Part shown: positions 18,888 through 27,516 of the stretch, one piece after another
How positions within the stretch are numbered: the stretch's first letter is position 1
Layout: each line of letters opens with the position of its first letter
Assembly: GCA_000614405.2 (NCBI GenBank)
Contig: GCA_000614405.2_3612.1
DNA: 64,000 nucleotides
Direction: 5' to 3' (one strand)
DNA from: Escherichia coli O157:H7 str. 2011EL-2287
GTDB taxonomy: Bacteria > Pseudomonadota > Gammaproteobacteria > Enterobacterales > Enterobacteriaceae
The notes under the pieces: model-generated
Told to the model about the DNA's origin: nothing
Seen by the model: only the letters and a program-made list of their open reading frames with translations
Databases searched by the model: none
Translations under genes and position numbers: made by a program

Positions 18888-19259
18888 ATGGAATTTATTA
18901 TTTTGGCTGTAGTAGTTGCCTTGTTCAACGCCTGGATAGCTGGCAAAATAGGTAGATCCGCTTTTCTATGGTTTGTTATATCTATTTTCCTGGGAGTGGT
19001 TGCAACCATTGTACTAGTTATCCTTGCAATTGTTGACAAGGATAATAATAAGAAGGGTAAAGTATTTTCCGACCTGTATGACGCCCAAACTTTTGTTAAC
19101 GCCTATTATAGTGATCTTCCGGTCTCCTTGCGCTGCAGCCTGGCGCAACAAGTTTTTGATGAGGCTAAAACCAGAGATCAAGCCCATGAGATATGTTTAA
19201 CTGAGGCGGATCGCCTATTTGAGAGGAATAGAAAATATGTGGGCCAGCCGTTTAAATAA
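18888..19259 (+). CDS. hypothetical membrane protein (two predicted TM helices)
   Basis: ORF with SD AAAGAGG; hydrophobic N-terminal half. Confidence 0.55.
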   Translation: MEFIILAVVVALFNAWIAGKIGRSAFLWFVISIFLGVVATIVLVILAIVDKDNNKKGKVFSDLYDAQTFVNAYYSDLPVSLRCSLAQQVFDEAKTRDQAHEICLTEADRLFERNRKYVGQPFK

Positions 19260-19482
19260 TACCACGTTAATTAATCCCTTTAATGAAGATTTGAAGCCAG
19301 CCGCCTGGCGTGATGGATTCAATAACGAACGCTTTATTTTCAGGCCTGATCTTGAGGAATTTTATAACAATGGATCGAACAACGACAGAGATAATTTTTC
19401 TTGTGATGTGCGTGGTGATGGTACTCCTGGGGGACATTGTAAACCACGTCACTACTACCAGGAGGAAAGGGGGAGACGATGA
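19237..19482 (+). CDS. hypothetical protein
   Basis: ORF with SD GAGAGGAA. Confidence 0.45.
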   Translation: MWASRLNNTTLINPFNEDLKPAAWRDGFNNERFIFRPDLEEFYNNGSNNDRDNFSCDVRGDGTPGGHCKPRHYYQEERGRR

Positions 19483-19598
19483 CAACCAAGGATAAGCCCC
19501 GCACCGATAAGGTGCGCCAGGTTATGGTATGGCTTGAGATCATCGCCCTTGAAATATTGTTAGGGGTAGGAATGTACTTTATTGCTATAAGTAACTGA
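19479..19598 (+). CDS. hypothetical small membrane peptide (39 aa)
   Basis: ORF below cutoff; SD GGAGGAAAGGGGGAG; ATGA overlap with upstream stop; hydrophobic C-terminal half. Confidence 0.4.
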   Translation: MTTKDKPRTDKVRQVMVWLEIIALEILLGVGMYFIAISN

Positions 19599-19602
19599 TA
19601 AC

Positions 19603-19630
19603 GCCCCCGATCATGGGGGCTTAACTTTTT
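19603..19630 (+). terminator. rho-independent terminator
   Basis: GCCCCCGA-loop-GGGGGC hairpin followed by T-rich tract. Confidence 0.6.
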
Positions 19631-19737
19631 CAAAAAATTTTTCTTCCAGGGTGTTGCAATCTGGTCCGCAATATGGATAATAACAATCAACGGGGAAACA
19701 TCCCCACCAACACAAAAACCAGAAAGGAGAAACAAAA

Positions 19738-19938
19738 ATGAGCAACAATATCCGCGTTATTAACTTCAAAAAAGAAGAAAAAATTGCCGTGCTGATTGAC
19801 GGTCAAGAAATCTTCAAGGGCGACTATGAAGATCATCAAACGGCGATTAGTATCACTCGCGTGATTGGTTACCATAATTTTTACCCCCAAGGCGCTGAGG
19901 CGGCGGTTAAACGAATCAAAGAGATTGTAGGCCTGTAA
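19738..19938 (+). CDS. hypothetical protein
   Basis: ORF with SD AAAGGAGAAA; upstream TTGCAA-N16-GATAAT promoter and GGGGAAACATCCCC hairpin. Confidence 0.55.
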   Translation: MSNNIRVINFKKEEKIAVLIDGQEIFKGDYEDHQTAISITRVIGYHNFYPQGAEAAVKRIKEIVGL

Positions 19939-19941
19939 AAT

Positions 19942-19988
19942 TTATTTTTAGATGGCCTTGACTCTAGGGCCATCAATAAAGTAAATTT
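19942..19988 (+). repeat. about 45-bp intergenic repeat element, copy 4
   Basis: See copy 1. Confidence 0.6.
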
Positions 19989-20031
19989 AAACCCTGTTAA
20001 AATACCACGCAGTTAACAAGGAGTGATAGAC

Positions 20032-20331
20032 ATGTTTATCCAGGCTAATAATCTTTATTTCTTTGATGGTCAGATCGTAGATGGTGTGGAAGTGGAGATC
20101 ACTGGGTGCCCTGGTGGTCAGGCTATGACTTTTCGGAATAATGCCTTTGATGATTCTCATATCGTTATGAGAATGGAAGTTACAAAGCTGGACGACAAGA
20201 AAACGCTCATTGACTATTCCGTGAAAGATCATCCAGACTACCACATGATCTATGGTGATTTGTGCATTGTTGACCGTGACAAGGTGGGCGGCATTGTGAT
20301 CGCTATTGTGAACGATGTTTTCTCTGTATAG
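20032..20331 (+). CDS. hypothetical protein
   Basis: ORF with SD AAGGAG before ATG 20032 (GTG 20023 alternative). Confidence 0.5.
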   Translation: MFIQANNLYFFDGQIVDGVEVEITGCPGGQAMTFRNNAFDDSHIVMRMEVTKLDDKKTLIDYSVKDHPDYHMIYGDLCIVDRDKVGGIVIAIVNDVFSV

Positions 20332-20389
20332 TTCCGGCAAATGATGCAAAATAAGGCCCCTAGCAGGGCCTGCAGCGATATAATCACAT

Positions 20390-20423
20390 AAAGGCCATGC
20401 GGTTGCATGGCCTTTATTATTTT
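20390..20423 (+). terminator. rho-independent terminator
   Basis: AAAGGCCATGC-GGTT-GCATGGCCTTT hairpin followed by ATTATTTT. Confidence 0.7.
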
Positions 20424-20552
20424 GGCGTTACAACGGCCTCCAAGGCGCTTAAAAATTTTTTAAAGAAGTACTTGCATCAAGCCCTACAATATGGATAATA
20501 GTACGTGTCAGGGGGCGGCCCCCAATCATTAACAGAAACAGGAGTTAAAACT

Positions 20553-20837
20553 ATGGCTATTGTTACCGCTGGCGATGTAGTAGAAATGGAAGCAAAATAC
20601 TTAAAAGCGGGTATGCATATCCTGCGCAACGATCTTGAACTGGTCTTGACAATGGTTGACTATAACCCAGGGCAAGATTATCCAAGTGTTGACTACTTTT
20701 TTGAGTATGTTGATGAAGAGTTGAAAGAGGATGAGGCCTATTGCGGTGAGTTCTGCAACTTCTTTTGTCCTGATGAGGTTGTAAAGGTTATCTATCAACC
20801 TGGCGTAGCTTTCCCGCTGCACGCTATCAATAAATAA
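20553..20837 (+). CDS. hypothetical protein
   Basis: ORF with SD ACAGGAG; upstream TTGCAT-N16-GATAAT promoter and GGGGGCGGCCCCC hairpin. Confidence 0.55.
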   Translation: MAIVTAGDVVEMEAKYLKAGMHILRNDLELVLTMVDYNPGQDYPSVDYFFEYVDEELKEDEAYCGEFCNFFCPDEVVKVIYQPGVAFPLHAINK

Positions 20838-20899
20838 ACCTGGCGGGGCCGAAAAGGCCTCCGCCTGAAATTATGAAAAATAAAAAGAGGCAAACTATC

Positions 20900-21130
20900 A
20901 TGATGGAACAAATTAAACGCGCTGAGGCTATTAATGGCAATGTGATCTATTTTGTCAGCAATAACGAAAAAGGCGTACCATATGCGGCGGTAATAGTACA
21001 GCCTGACGGCGATTATTGGTTTACTGTGTACGGCGCTTACTCTTTTGGGCGTCCAGTGCATGATAAAATTTTGAAAGTAGCGAACCCTACCGGGAAGAAT
21101 ATCACAGCAGAAAAATTTTTTGAAAAATAG
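20900..21130 (+). CDS. hypothetical protein
   Basis: ORF with SD AAAGAGG. Confidence 0.5.
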   Translation: MMEQIKRAEAINGNVIYFVSNNEKGVPYAAVIVQPDGDYWFTVYGAYSFGRPVHDKILKVANPTGKNITAEKFFEK

Positions 21131-21185
21131 TTGACATGGCCTTATAAGACTGTAGAATATAAATCAAAGGGGGCAACAAGCCCCA
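21131..21185 (+). promoter_or_regulatory. sigma70-like promoter followed by leader stem-loop
   Basis: TTGACA-N16-TAGAAT, then GGGGGCAACAAGCCCC hairpin and CACAAAGAGGA leader. Confidence 0.55.
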
Positions 21186-21210
21186 CCAACCACAAAGAGG
21201 ATAAAAAATC

Positions 21211-21390
21211 ATGGCTATTATTGCAAAGACTGAGATCGTAGGCTTAGATTCTATTCTCCTCGCATATGAGGAAGCTATAGAAATGTATGTGGTTTCCTAT
21301 GGTGAATATATCCGTGAATATAAATCTATTGATCTGGCTTTTGAATGTTATATTCGCCAGGTTAATAAAGCGTACGATGATTATCGTTAA
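21211..21390 (+). CDS. hypothetical protein (59 aa)
   Basis: ORF below cutoff; SD AAAGAGGATAAAA; own promoter. Confidence 0.5.
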   Translation: MAIIAKTEIVGLDSILLAYEEAIEMYVVSYGEYIREYKSIDLAFECYIRQVNKAYDDYR

Positions 21391-21480
21391 AATAGCTTGA
21401 CAACAAACAACCATCTAACAAAGCATAATACATAAGGCGGTGGAATGGTCCGCCACCTGGAACAAGAAGAGGAAAACAAG

Positions 21481-21585
21481 ATGAAACAGAAATTAATTGA
21501 TGCGGTGATCCTGGTTATTGCCCTGGGTATTGGCCTGATTGCAACCATGTCTAATATGATCTTGTCTTCCAACGGTATCGGGTGA
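21481..21585 (+). CDS. hypothetical small membrane peptide (34 aa)
   Basis: ORF below cutoff; SD AAGAGGAAAA; hydrophobic. Confidence 0.4.
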   Translation: MKQKLIDAVILVIALGIGLIATMSNMILSSNGIG

Positions 21586-21594
21586 GGTTGGCAA

Positions 21595-21810
21595 ATGATC
21601 ACTAACAAAACAGGCAAAACAGAATTTTTACGCAACTTACAGATCGGCAAGCCTGAGATCTGGTATTGCACTAAAACACCACGTGACGAAATGAAAGACT
21701 TCACCGCCACGCTGCAACGGGTAAAGATATCCATCACGCAGAAAAAGGCCTTATTAGTGGTGGAAGGTGAGATCCCCCAAACCGTTGTTATAGTTGAGCG
21801 TACAGCATAG
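21595..21810 (+). CDS. hypothetical protein
   Basis: ORF with SD GAGG upstream. Confidence 0.5.
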   Translation: MITNKTGKTEFLRNLQIGKPEIWYCTKTPRDEMKDFTATLQRVKISITQKKALLVVEGEIPQTVVIVERTA

Positions 21811-21901
21811 TTTAATTTATACCGATACCCGAAAATTAACCAACAAAGCATAAACAGGCGGTTACCGCCGCCTTAAACGTAGCAGAAAGAGGATAGACAC
21901 A

Positions 21902-22186
21902 ATGAAAAAGATGATCGCAGCGGTTGCCCTGGTTGTTGGACTTAATGCGCCTGTAATGGCTAAAGAGCTGGCAAAAGAGGTTAATCTAACGGATATTCAT
22001 GCCGTCAATCAAATCGGGGTTACTTATCGCTTATGCCTTGCCGCTAAAACTTTCCAGGACGGCACGACAGAGTACTACGGATTCGAGGGTATCCGGTGCG
22101 GTGAGCTTGCTCGCGACCTTAAGGAAGATCCAGACCTGGAAGATCTGCCCATCACCGTAAACGGTAAAGCTTACGTAAACCGTTAA
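21902..22186 (+). CDS. hypothetical secreted or periplasmic protein
   Basis: ORF with SD AAAGAGGA; N-terminal signal-peptide-like MKKMIAAVALVVGLNAPVMA. Confidence 0.55.
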   Translation: MKKMIAAVALVVGLNAPVMAKELAKEVNLTDIHAVNQIGVTYRLCLAAKTFQDGTTEYYGFEGIRCGELARDLKEDPDLEDLPITVNGKAYVNR

Positions 22187-22188
22187 CC

Positions 22189-22323
22189 ATGAGAAAGATA
22201 ATCATCACCTTGGGGATTGTGGCGGGATCGCTGGCGCTCTTTCCCATTATGGTTAGGTATGTGCTGATCAGTATTGTCCTGGTAGTCAGTGATCTATTGG
22301 AAACGGTTGGCACCTTGTTTTAA
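22189..22323 (+). CDS. hypothetical small membrane peptide (44 aa)
   Basis: ORF below cutoff immediately after upstream stop; hydrophobic; weak SD. Confidence 0.3.
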   Translation: MRKIIITLGIVAGSLALFPIMVRYVLISIVLVVSDLLETVGTLF

Positions 22324-22342
22324 AGAGCGATAAAAAAAAAAA

Positions 22343-22534
22343 ATGAATGTCGAACAAGTTAGAAAGGTATTGGCGGTACTGCGTTATCATAATCATAGAA
22401 AGGTCATAGACGATCCTGATTATGTCGATTCAAACCTGGAAGAGGATACACTACAAGCCATAAGTAACATGCAAGAATTGCTAAAGCGCATGACAGAGAA
22501 AAACCGACCGGACTACATAGGCGAAAAAATATAA
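22343..22534 (+). CDS. hypothetical protein
   Basis: ORF. Confidence 0.45.
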   Translation: MNVEQVRKVLAVLRYHNHRKVIDDPDYVDSNLEEDTLQAISNMQELLKRMTEKNRPDYIGEKI

Positions 22535-22549
22535 TATTTATAAACTACA

Positions 22550-22580
22550 AAACAGGGCTTGCAATGGTCCTGTTTTTTGT
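22550..22580 (+). terminator. rho-independent terminator
   Basis: CAGGGC-loop-GTCCTG hairpin followed by TTTTTTGTT. Confidence 0.65.
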
Positions 22581-22744
22581 TATACTTATTCCACGGCAGG
22601 CACCTGGCGACGGGGGAGACAATCACCGGGCCTGCCTGTCATATAAGAACTATAAAAACCGTTGACATCTGCCATGGGGTGGGGTAACATTTATCTTGAA
22701 GGGGCAAAAGTGCCCACACAACACCCAGGAGAGAGGAAAACATT

Positions 22745-23017
22745 ATGTCAAGCTGGATTAATCAAGAAGTCGAATCACGTTTTAATGCTATATGGGATCT
22801 CATCGAAAAAGAGGACGGAACATCAAGCCCCTACCTCAACAATTTGGAATTCCATTTTGTGGAAGCGATGAACGCAGAACATGATCACGAAGGTGGCGCA
22901 GATGAGTTCGCTAAAGGTTATGGCTTTAACAATGCCAACGAAATGATCGAGGCGGTAGTACTCCAGGCTGAGGAAGATTATCAATTAAAAACGCTTGAAT
23001 TCTGCCGCCGTAAGTAA
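22745..23017 (+). CDS. hypothetical protein
   Basis: ORF with SD AGGAGAGAGGAAAA; upstream TTGACA promoter and hairpin. Confidence 0.55.
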   Translation: MSSWINQEVESRFNAIWDLIEKEDGTSSPYLNNLEFHFVEAMNAEHDHEGGADEFAKGYGFNNANEMIEAVVLQAEEDYQLKTLEFCRRK

Positions 23018-23077
23018 TAAGATAATGACACGGGCCAAAAGGCCCACTAATCAGAACCACACAAAGAGAGAAAGAAA

Positions 23078-23296
23078 ATGACAACCCGTAAAATTAAAGT
23101 TGTTTGCATTGAATCGACTGGGGGCGCTTTTGTAGTTGGTCAGGAATATAATGCGGTTTTAATGGGTACGGATTGGAAGGTTAAAGGCCTTAATGGTTAC
23201 GAGTACGGCACTACTTGCGGCTTGCGTGGTCGAATCGGATACGTGAGTTTAGACAATAAAGAAAAATTTGTTTTCGACACCCTTGTGAGTAAATAG
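23078..23296 (+). CDS. hypothetical protein
   Basis: ORF with SD AAAGAGAGAAAG; GGGCCAAAAGGCCC hairpin in leader. Confidence 0.5.
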   Translation: MTTRKIKVVCIESTGGAFVVGQEYNAVLMGTDWKVKGLNGYEYGTTCGLRGRIGYVSLDNKEKFVFDTLVSK

Positions 23297-23373
23297 CATG
23301 AATTGCTAAAAACTGATCTGCGAACTGCTGTATTATCAACTAATCAAAACGAACCACATAAAGAGGAAACATC

Positions 23374-23637
23374 ATGAAACGTCTGGATCAGCTTAAACTA
23401 GTTCAGTACATGGCCTACAAAGTTCTTGAAGTCCAAAAAGGTAGCAAAAAAGAGGTTTGCGAGAAAGCTTATAAGATCTTTACCCGCAAAAAAGATGACT
23501 GGATGCTACGCCAGACCAAAAAGGCTGACATCTTGGGGTACCTGGAAGAAGAGATCCGCCTTGAAGAGCAAGAAGAGATCCGCCGCAGTGAAGCAGATTA
23601 TCAGGCAGCCTGGGAAAACTGGATGAATAACAAATAA
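23374..23637 (+). CDS. hypothetical protein
   Basis: ORF with SD AAAGAGGAAA. Confidence 0.5.
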   Translation: MKRLDQLKLVQYMAYKVLEVQKGSKKEVCEKAYKIFTRKKDDWMLRQTKKADILGYLEEEIRLEEQEEIRRSEADYQAAWENWMNNK

Positions 23638-23782
23638 TACAACAAGTTACATGGTCAGGGGGGCAATAAAGCCCCTTGATCACATAAAAATTATGCTATC
23701 CTTATTGACAAGGATCGGCAGTTTTGCTATATTCTTTTTTAAAGGGAAGTTGTAAGAAAATTAACTAAGAGGTAAAAACACC

Positions 23783-24202
23783 ATGAACATTAAATCTAAT
23801 AATCCGGCATATAGCTTTGATAACGCTTTTTGTCACGGTCCGGCGGCGAAAGGATTCGAAATCGATGGTAAACTAATTATTGTCAATGTTGACGGGGAAG
23901 AGGTTGCAGTATATCCGGTGGCAGACGTAAAAAGCCGTTTACAATGCCGCATTGATGTTACCGCCTATCAGCTTGATCCGGTCCGCATAGTTGCCCTGGT
24001 CCTGGAAGAAGAAATTAAAGCCATGCACCATAGCAACAGGTTTATTGGTGACGCTCAGGATAATATGAAGGTGTGCCGCCATAAAGTTAATGAAGTGCTT
24101 AAAGAGTACGGCTATAAAGATCTTATGATCAAACGTGATGAAAAATTCCGGTACCGTAACGACCTGGCAAATCGGATTTTTGAAATATACGAATCATTAT
24201 AA
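23783..24202 (+). CDS. hypothetical protein
   Basis: ORF with SD AAGAGG; upstream TTGACA-N17-TATATT promoter. Confidence 0.55.
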   Translation: MNIKSNNPAYSFDNAFCHGPAAKGFEIDGKLIIVNVDGEEVAVYPVADVKSRLQCRIDVTAYQLDPVRIVALVLEEEIKAMHHSNRFIGDAQDNMKVCRHKVNEVLKEYGYKDLMIKRDEKFRYRNDLANRIFEIYESL

Positions 24203-24220
24203 TTTTTTAACTGAATTATC

Positions 24221-24246
24221 AAGGGGCTTAGGCCCCTTTCTTTTTG
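24221..24246 (+). terminator. rho-independent terminator ending the plus-strand gene array
   Basis: AGGGGC-TTAG-GCCCCT hairpin followed by TTCTTTTTG. Confidence 0.7.
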
Positions 24247-25156
24247 TCTGATCTTCCCCCTACCATAAACGGCCCTACCTGGCAAGTGGAATAATTGACG
24301 AGCCATCAACCCCACACACTGTACAAATATACATGGAAAATAACTATTGCATAATTTTTCATTGTGTGGTAGCAAGTCCATTTTTACCCGTTTTCTCTCC
24401 CAAAAGTGCACGTAATGCCGCTATTGCACAAATTTTAACCTGATGCACATCTCCAATATCTTGTCAACAACTAAAAATCTTTATAAGTCATACACTTACA
24501 CAGCATCGAAAGCGTGTTCTACGCGAAAAATCGAGTATAACTATAGCCGCCAGATCTCAGAATTCACGTACGCACGCCATTCTATAGCCTGCAAAGTATT
24601 TATTCCAACCACAGAATAACGGAATAGTCAATACCTGCATAAAATAATTATTCGTGTAAACTGCATAACATAAATCAGCTCAGGTGTCAACATTTTTCGT
24701 AAACAGTCCGAAATTATCACGATGAGTTATCATAAACAGAGAAATCTTTAGTCGTCTAATGTTTACTGTACATTACTATATTGACTGGAATCATTAGATG
24801 ACTAATAGAAAGATAAGAAATAATTAACAATACAATTATTTTATCTGTAACAATAAGGCAACTATGCAAACGAATGGCATGGCGCGACGGAGTCGCGACA
24901 TAATATAAAAGCAGTAACCATCACCCCCGTGATAGTTTGTCTGCAATCTATTAATCAGATCATAGTTGCCTTGTATTTAGTTAATCATGACATAACAAGC
25001 AAGGCAACTATAGATCTGCTAATAGTTGCCCTGCTTTTATATTATGTCATAGAAACACCCGAAGGGGTGACCAAAGGTCACCTGGCATAGCCAGTGAAAT
25101 ATTGTAAACAAGTTAATTATTGTCATGCAAACGAATGGCATGGCTTATCATCTCTG

Positions 25157-25350
25157 TGTAAACAGTTTGTTTGTAAACAGTTTATACGTGAACAGTTAAC
25201 TATGTAAACTATTGAGAATGTAAACAGTAAAGGAAGTGAATAGTAAGCGAGTGAATATTAATAGCGTGAATAGTGACAGCGTAAACAGTCAGGCATGTCA
25301 ATTAAGTCTAAAGTGTCAAAGGTGTCATATTATGTCACCATTATGTCAGA
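25157..25350. repeat. array of short degenerate tandem direct repeats (GTAAACAGT / GTGAATAGT units, then TGTCA units)
   Basis: About 9 units of GT(A/G)AA(C/T)AGT at 12-17 bp spacing, then about 6 TGTCA repeats; no coding potential. Confidence 0.6.
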
Positions 25351-25609
25351 CAAGTTTTTCTCCTCTTTGTCAAGTGCTGCATGAAAATTTACAATCTGGT
25401 ATGGTAGCATTTTTGCGGCCCTGTTTACATTCAGTTGTGTATGTATAAGCCTTGTTGTGTGGGCGTTTAGACGTCTAGACGGTTGGAAGTCTACAGGTCA
25501 ATATCTAATCTATTGGTTGCTAACTATATCCCACACAAATAGTAAGAAATATAATTGTTATGTGTGTAAACTGTAACTCATGTTATCAATCCCTGTATGG
25601 ATCGCCAGT

Positions 25610-25637
25610 GGTGCGCATAATGGGTATTATGTTAAAT
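25610..25637 (+). other. dif: dif-like XerC/XerD site-specific recombination site
   Basis: GGTGCGCATAA-TGGGTA-TTATGTTAAAT: both 11-bp arms identical to E. coli dif as recalled, 2 differences in the 6-bp central region. Confidence 0.7.
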
Positions 25638-26765
25638 TGCCCGTAATGATAACAGTTCTCACAATGATAGGTATTCTCATTCACCCCACAAGATAGGTTG
25701 CAAATGTTGTGCCACTGTGTGAACGGCCTCACCTATTAATTTGCCTCACTGCCTCGATATTTGAGAATTATTATAAGAATGAGAAGTATTCCCATTCCGT
25801 CCGCCTGGCAGCACTCCTGTCGGTCAGGTCAAAATCGTGGTAGAATTGGGCCTATTCAGATATTTCTGGCTGACTCTTCAGGTCTGTGTGGGAAAAGCCA
25901 ACCTCTCCGGCGGGGCAGGGGGAGGTCAATTAAAAAATTTACGTGGTGTATGAAGCGCTCTTCAGGTAAGGCAGGTATTATGGGATGAAACCCTCTTCAG
26001 GCAATGATATTTGTGGGTGTGATATTTGCTGGAAAGCCAGATATGACGGGACTCCCGGCGGGGCAGGGGTAGTACAGACAGGGAAAATATGGGGATGTAG
26101 TTGGGTGAATTGATCGGGCAGGTAGAGTATGGAATATGTTACAAGTATGTTAAATATGGAGGTTGAATATCTGTAGGATTTGTGTGTAAAATCAAAGACT
26201 TAAGGGGTGTTGTGGTATTTTCTATAAATAATTCAAGTTTAATAGGCAATATTTGTCTCTATCCGCTTTGTGTGGTAAACAGATTCAGATTAGATTGGTT
26301 TACAAGTGTATACATAATATACAAATTAAAGATACAAGAAACCCCCCTCCCCCCTTCGGCTACCATTCACCTTTTCCTCTGACTGGTACTTAAACACTTA
26401 TTCAGACTCTTCAGGTTATCACCCATATATCATATGGCAGTGACTGGTGTCCTCCGGCCCCTCTTTCGTCACCCGTCCGCTTCGCCATGCTAATGCCATA
26501 GCTAATGGTTCGGTTGTTCACCCTGTTCACTCAGGTGTATCTCTATACCCCTTCAAACCGAAGAGAACAGAAAACCCGAATTACTCGGTAAAAGAAAAGA
26601 GAAGAACTTAATTTTATCAGGATAGGCAAGAATGTCAAGGCATGACTGCTCACTAAACAAGCAAACAGTCATGTGTGGGAGGTAAGTGATTGTGGTGGTA
26701 GGAAATTTAGTTGAAAGATGTGTTATAGGTGCTTCCAGCACTTTAGCCGGGCAGCTAATTGTGTG

Positions 26766-26981
26766 TCAGTCCAGCGGTTCATCCTCTACTTCACTGAAAT
26801 CAATGTTCATGGTCTCTTCCCAACCATCGATCTCAGCACAAGAGTGGAGTTCTTTAGGGTTTACTCCCAAAGCCTCAGCAACAGAGTCTATATTTAACAC
26901 CTCTGGCAGGTATGATTCATCGAATTCAAGGTAAATCAGGCCACGAGTGTTGTCAGCTCCACCAAATATTTCTATCTTCAT
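26766..26981 (-). CDS. hypothetical acidic protein
   Basis: ORF; last gene of the minus-strand transcription unit. Confidence 0.5.
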   Translation of the reverse strand: MKIEIFGGADNTRGLIYLEFDESYLPEVLNIDSVAEALGVNPKELHSCAEIDGWEETMNIDFSEVEDEPLD

Positions 26982-27102
26982 AAAATCTCCTCTGGGAATG
27001 AAAGTGTGAACAGGGTTTTATACGTTCTAATGCACAGGAATTATACACGTTTGCCTCTTCAGGCCATGCTTTAGCATGAGGAACCTGTGTGGGCTCGGTG
27101 CT

Positions 27103-27516
27103 TCATAGTCTACCACCTCTGAACTCTTCGTGCTCAGGCATAATAGAGAACCAGATATCTACGATGTCCTCCCACGTCAGGTCATCAGCCTCAGGATCTG
27201 TCTGGGACGAAGATGAAGAGTCCTCAGAATCTAAGTTTTCCTCTTTAACTGGCTCATCCAAGGGACATATGGTCACTCCTTCGGATGTCTCTTCAGATGC
27301 ATGTGTGTTGATCATGTTCCACCCGTGAGTATTCCGGCAACAGCCGCTATGGAAGTAATGATCATCAGGATCACCACTAAAACTTCGGACAATGTTCTCA
27401 TTGTGTATTCCATATTCTCCAAATGATGTGTGGATATTATCACTGGAGCGGCAATGTGTCAACAGAAACGCCGCGAGGGTTTGGTTAAAATCCGAGCGTA
27501 TGGTGATTTGGGTCAA
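27103..27516 (-). CDS. hypothetical acidic protein (start uncertain; internal ATG at 27315 has better SD)
   Basis: ORF; Ser/Asp/Glu-rich. Confidence 0.4.
   Translation of the reverse strand: MTQITIRSDFNQTLAAFLLTHCRSSDNIHTSFGEYGIHNENIVRSFSGDPDDHYFHSGCCRNTHGWNMINTHASEETSEGVTICPLDEPVKEENLDSEDSSSSSQTDPEADDLTWEDIVDIWFSIMPEHEEFRGGRL

Noticed and set aside
15578-19988. The 45-bp repeat element as a simple rho-independent terminator
   Set aside because: Its hairpin is imperfect with a 9-10 nt loop and is followed by AATAAAGTAAA rather than a U tract on either strand; kept as a repeat of unknown function.
25157-25350. Possible CRISPR array
   Set aside because: Repeat units are only about 9 bp, degenerate, with irregular short spacing and no uniform spacers; not CRISPR-like.
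25236-26382. ORFs 25236-25448, 25761-25988, 26182-26382 in the convergent noncoding region
   Set aside because: Translations mirror the tandem repeats (e.g. VNSDSVNSQ), no SD, one uses a TTG start; judged spurious.
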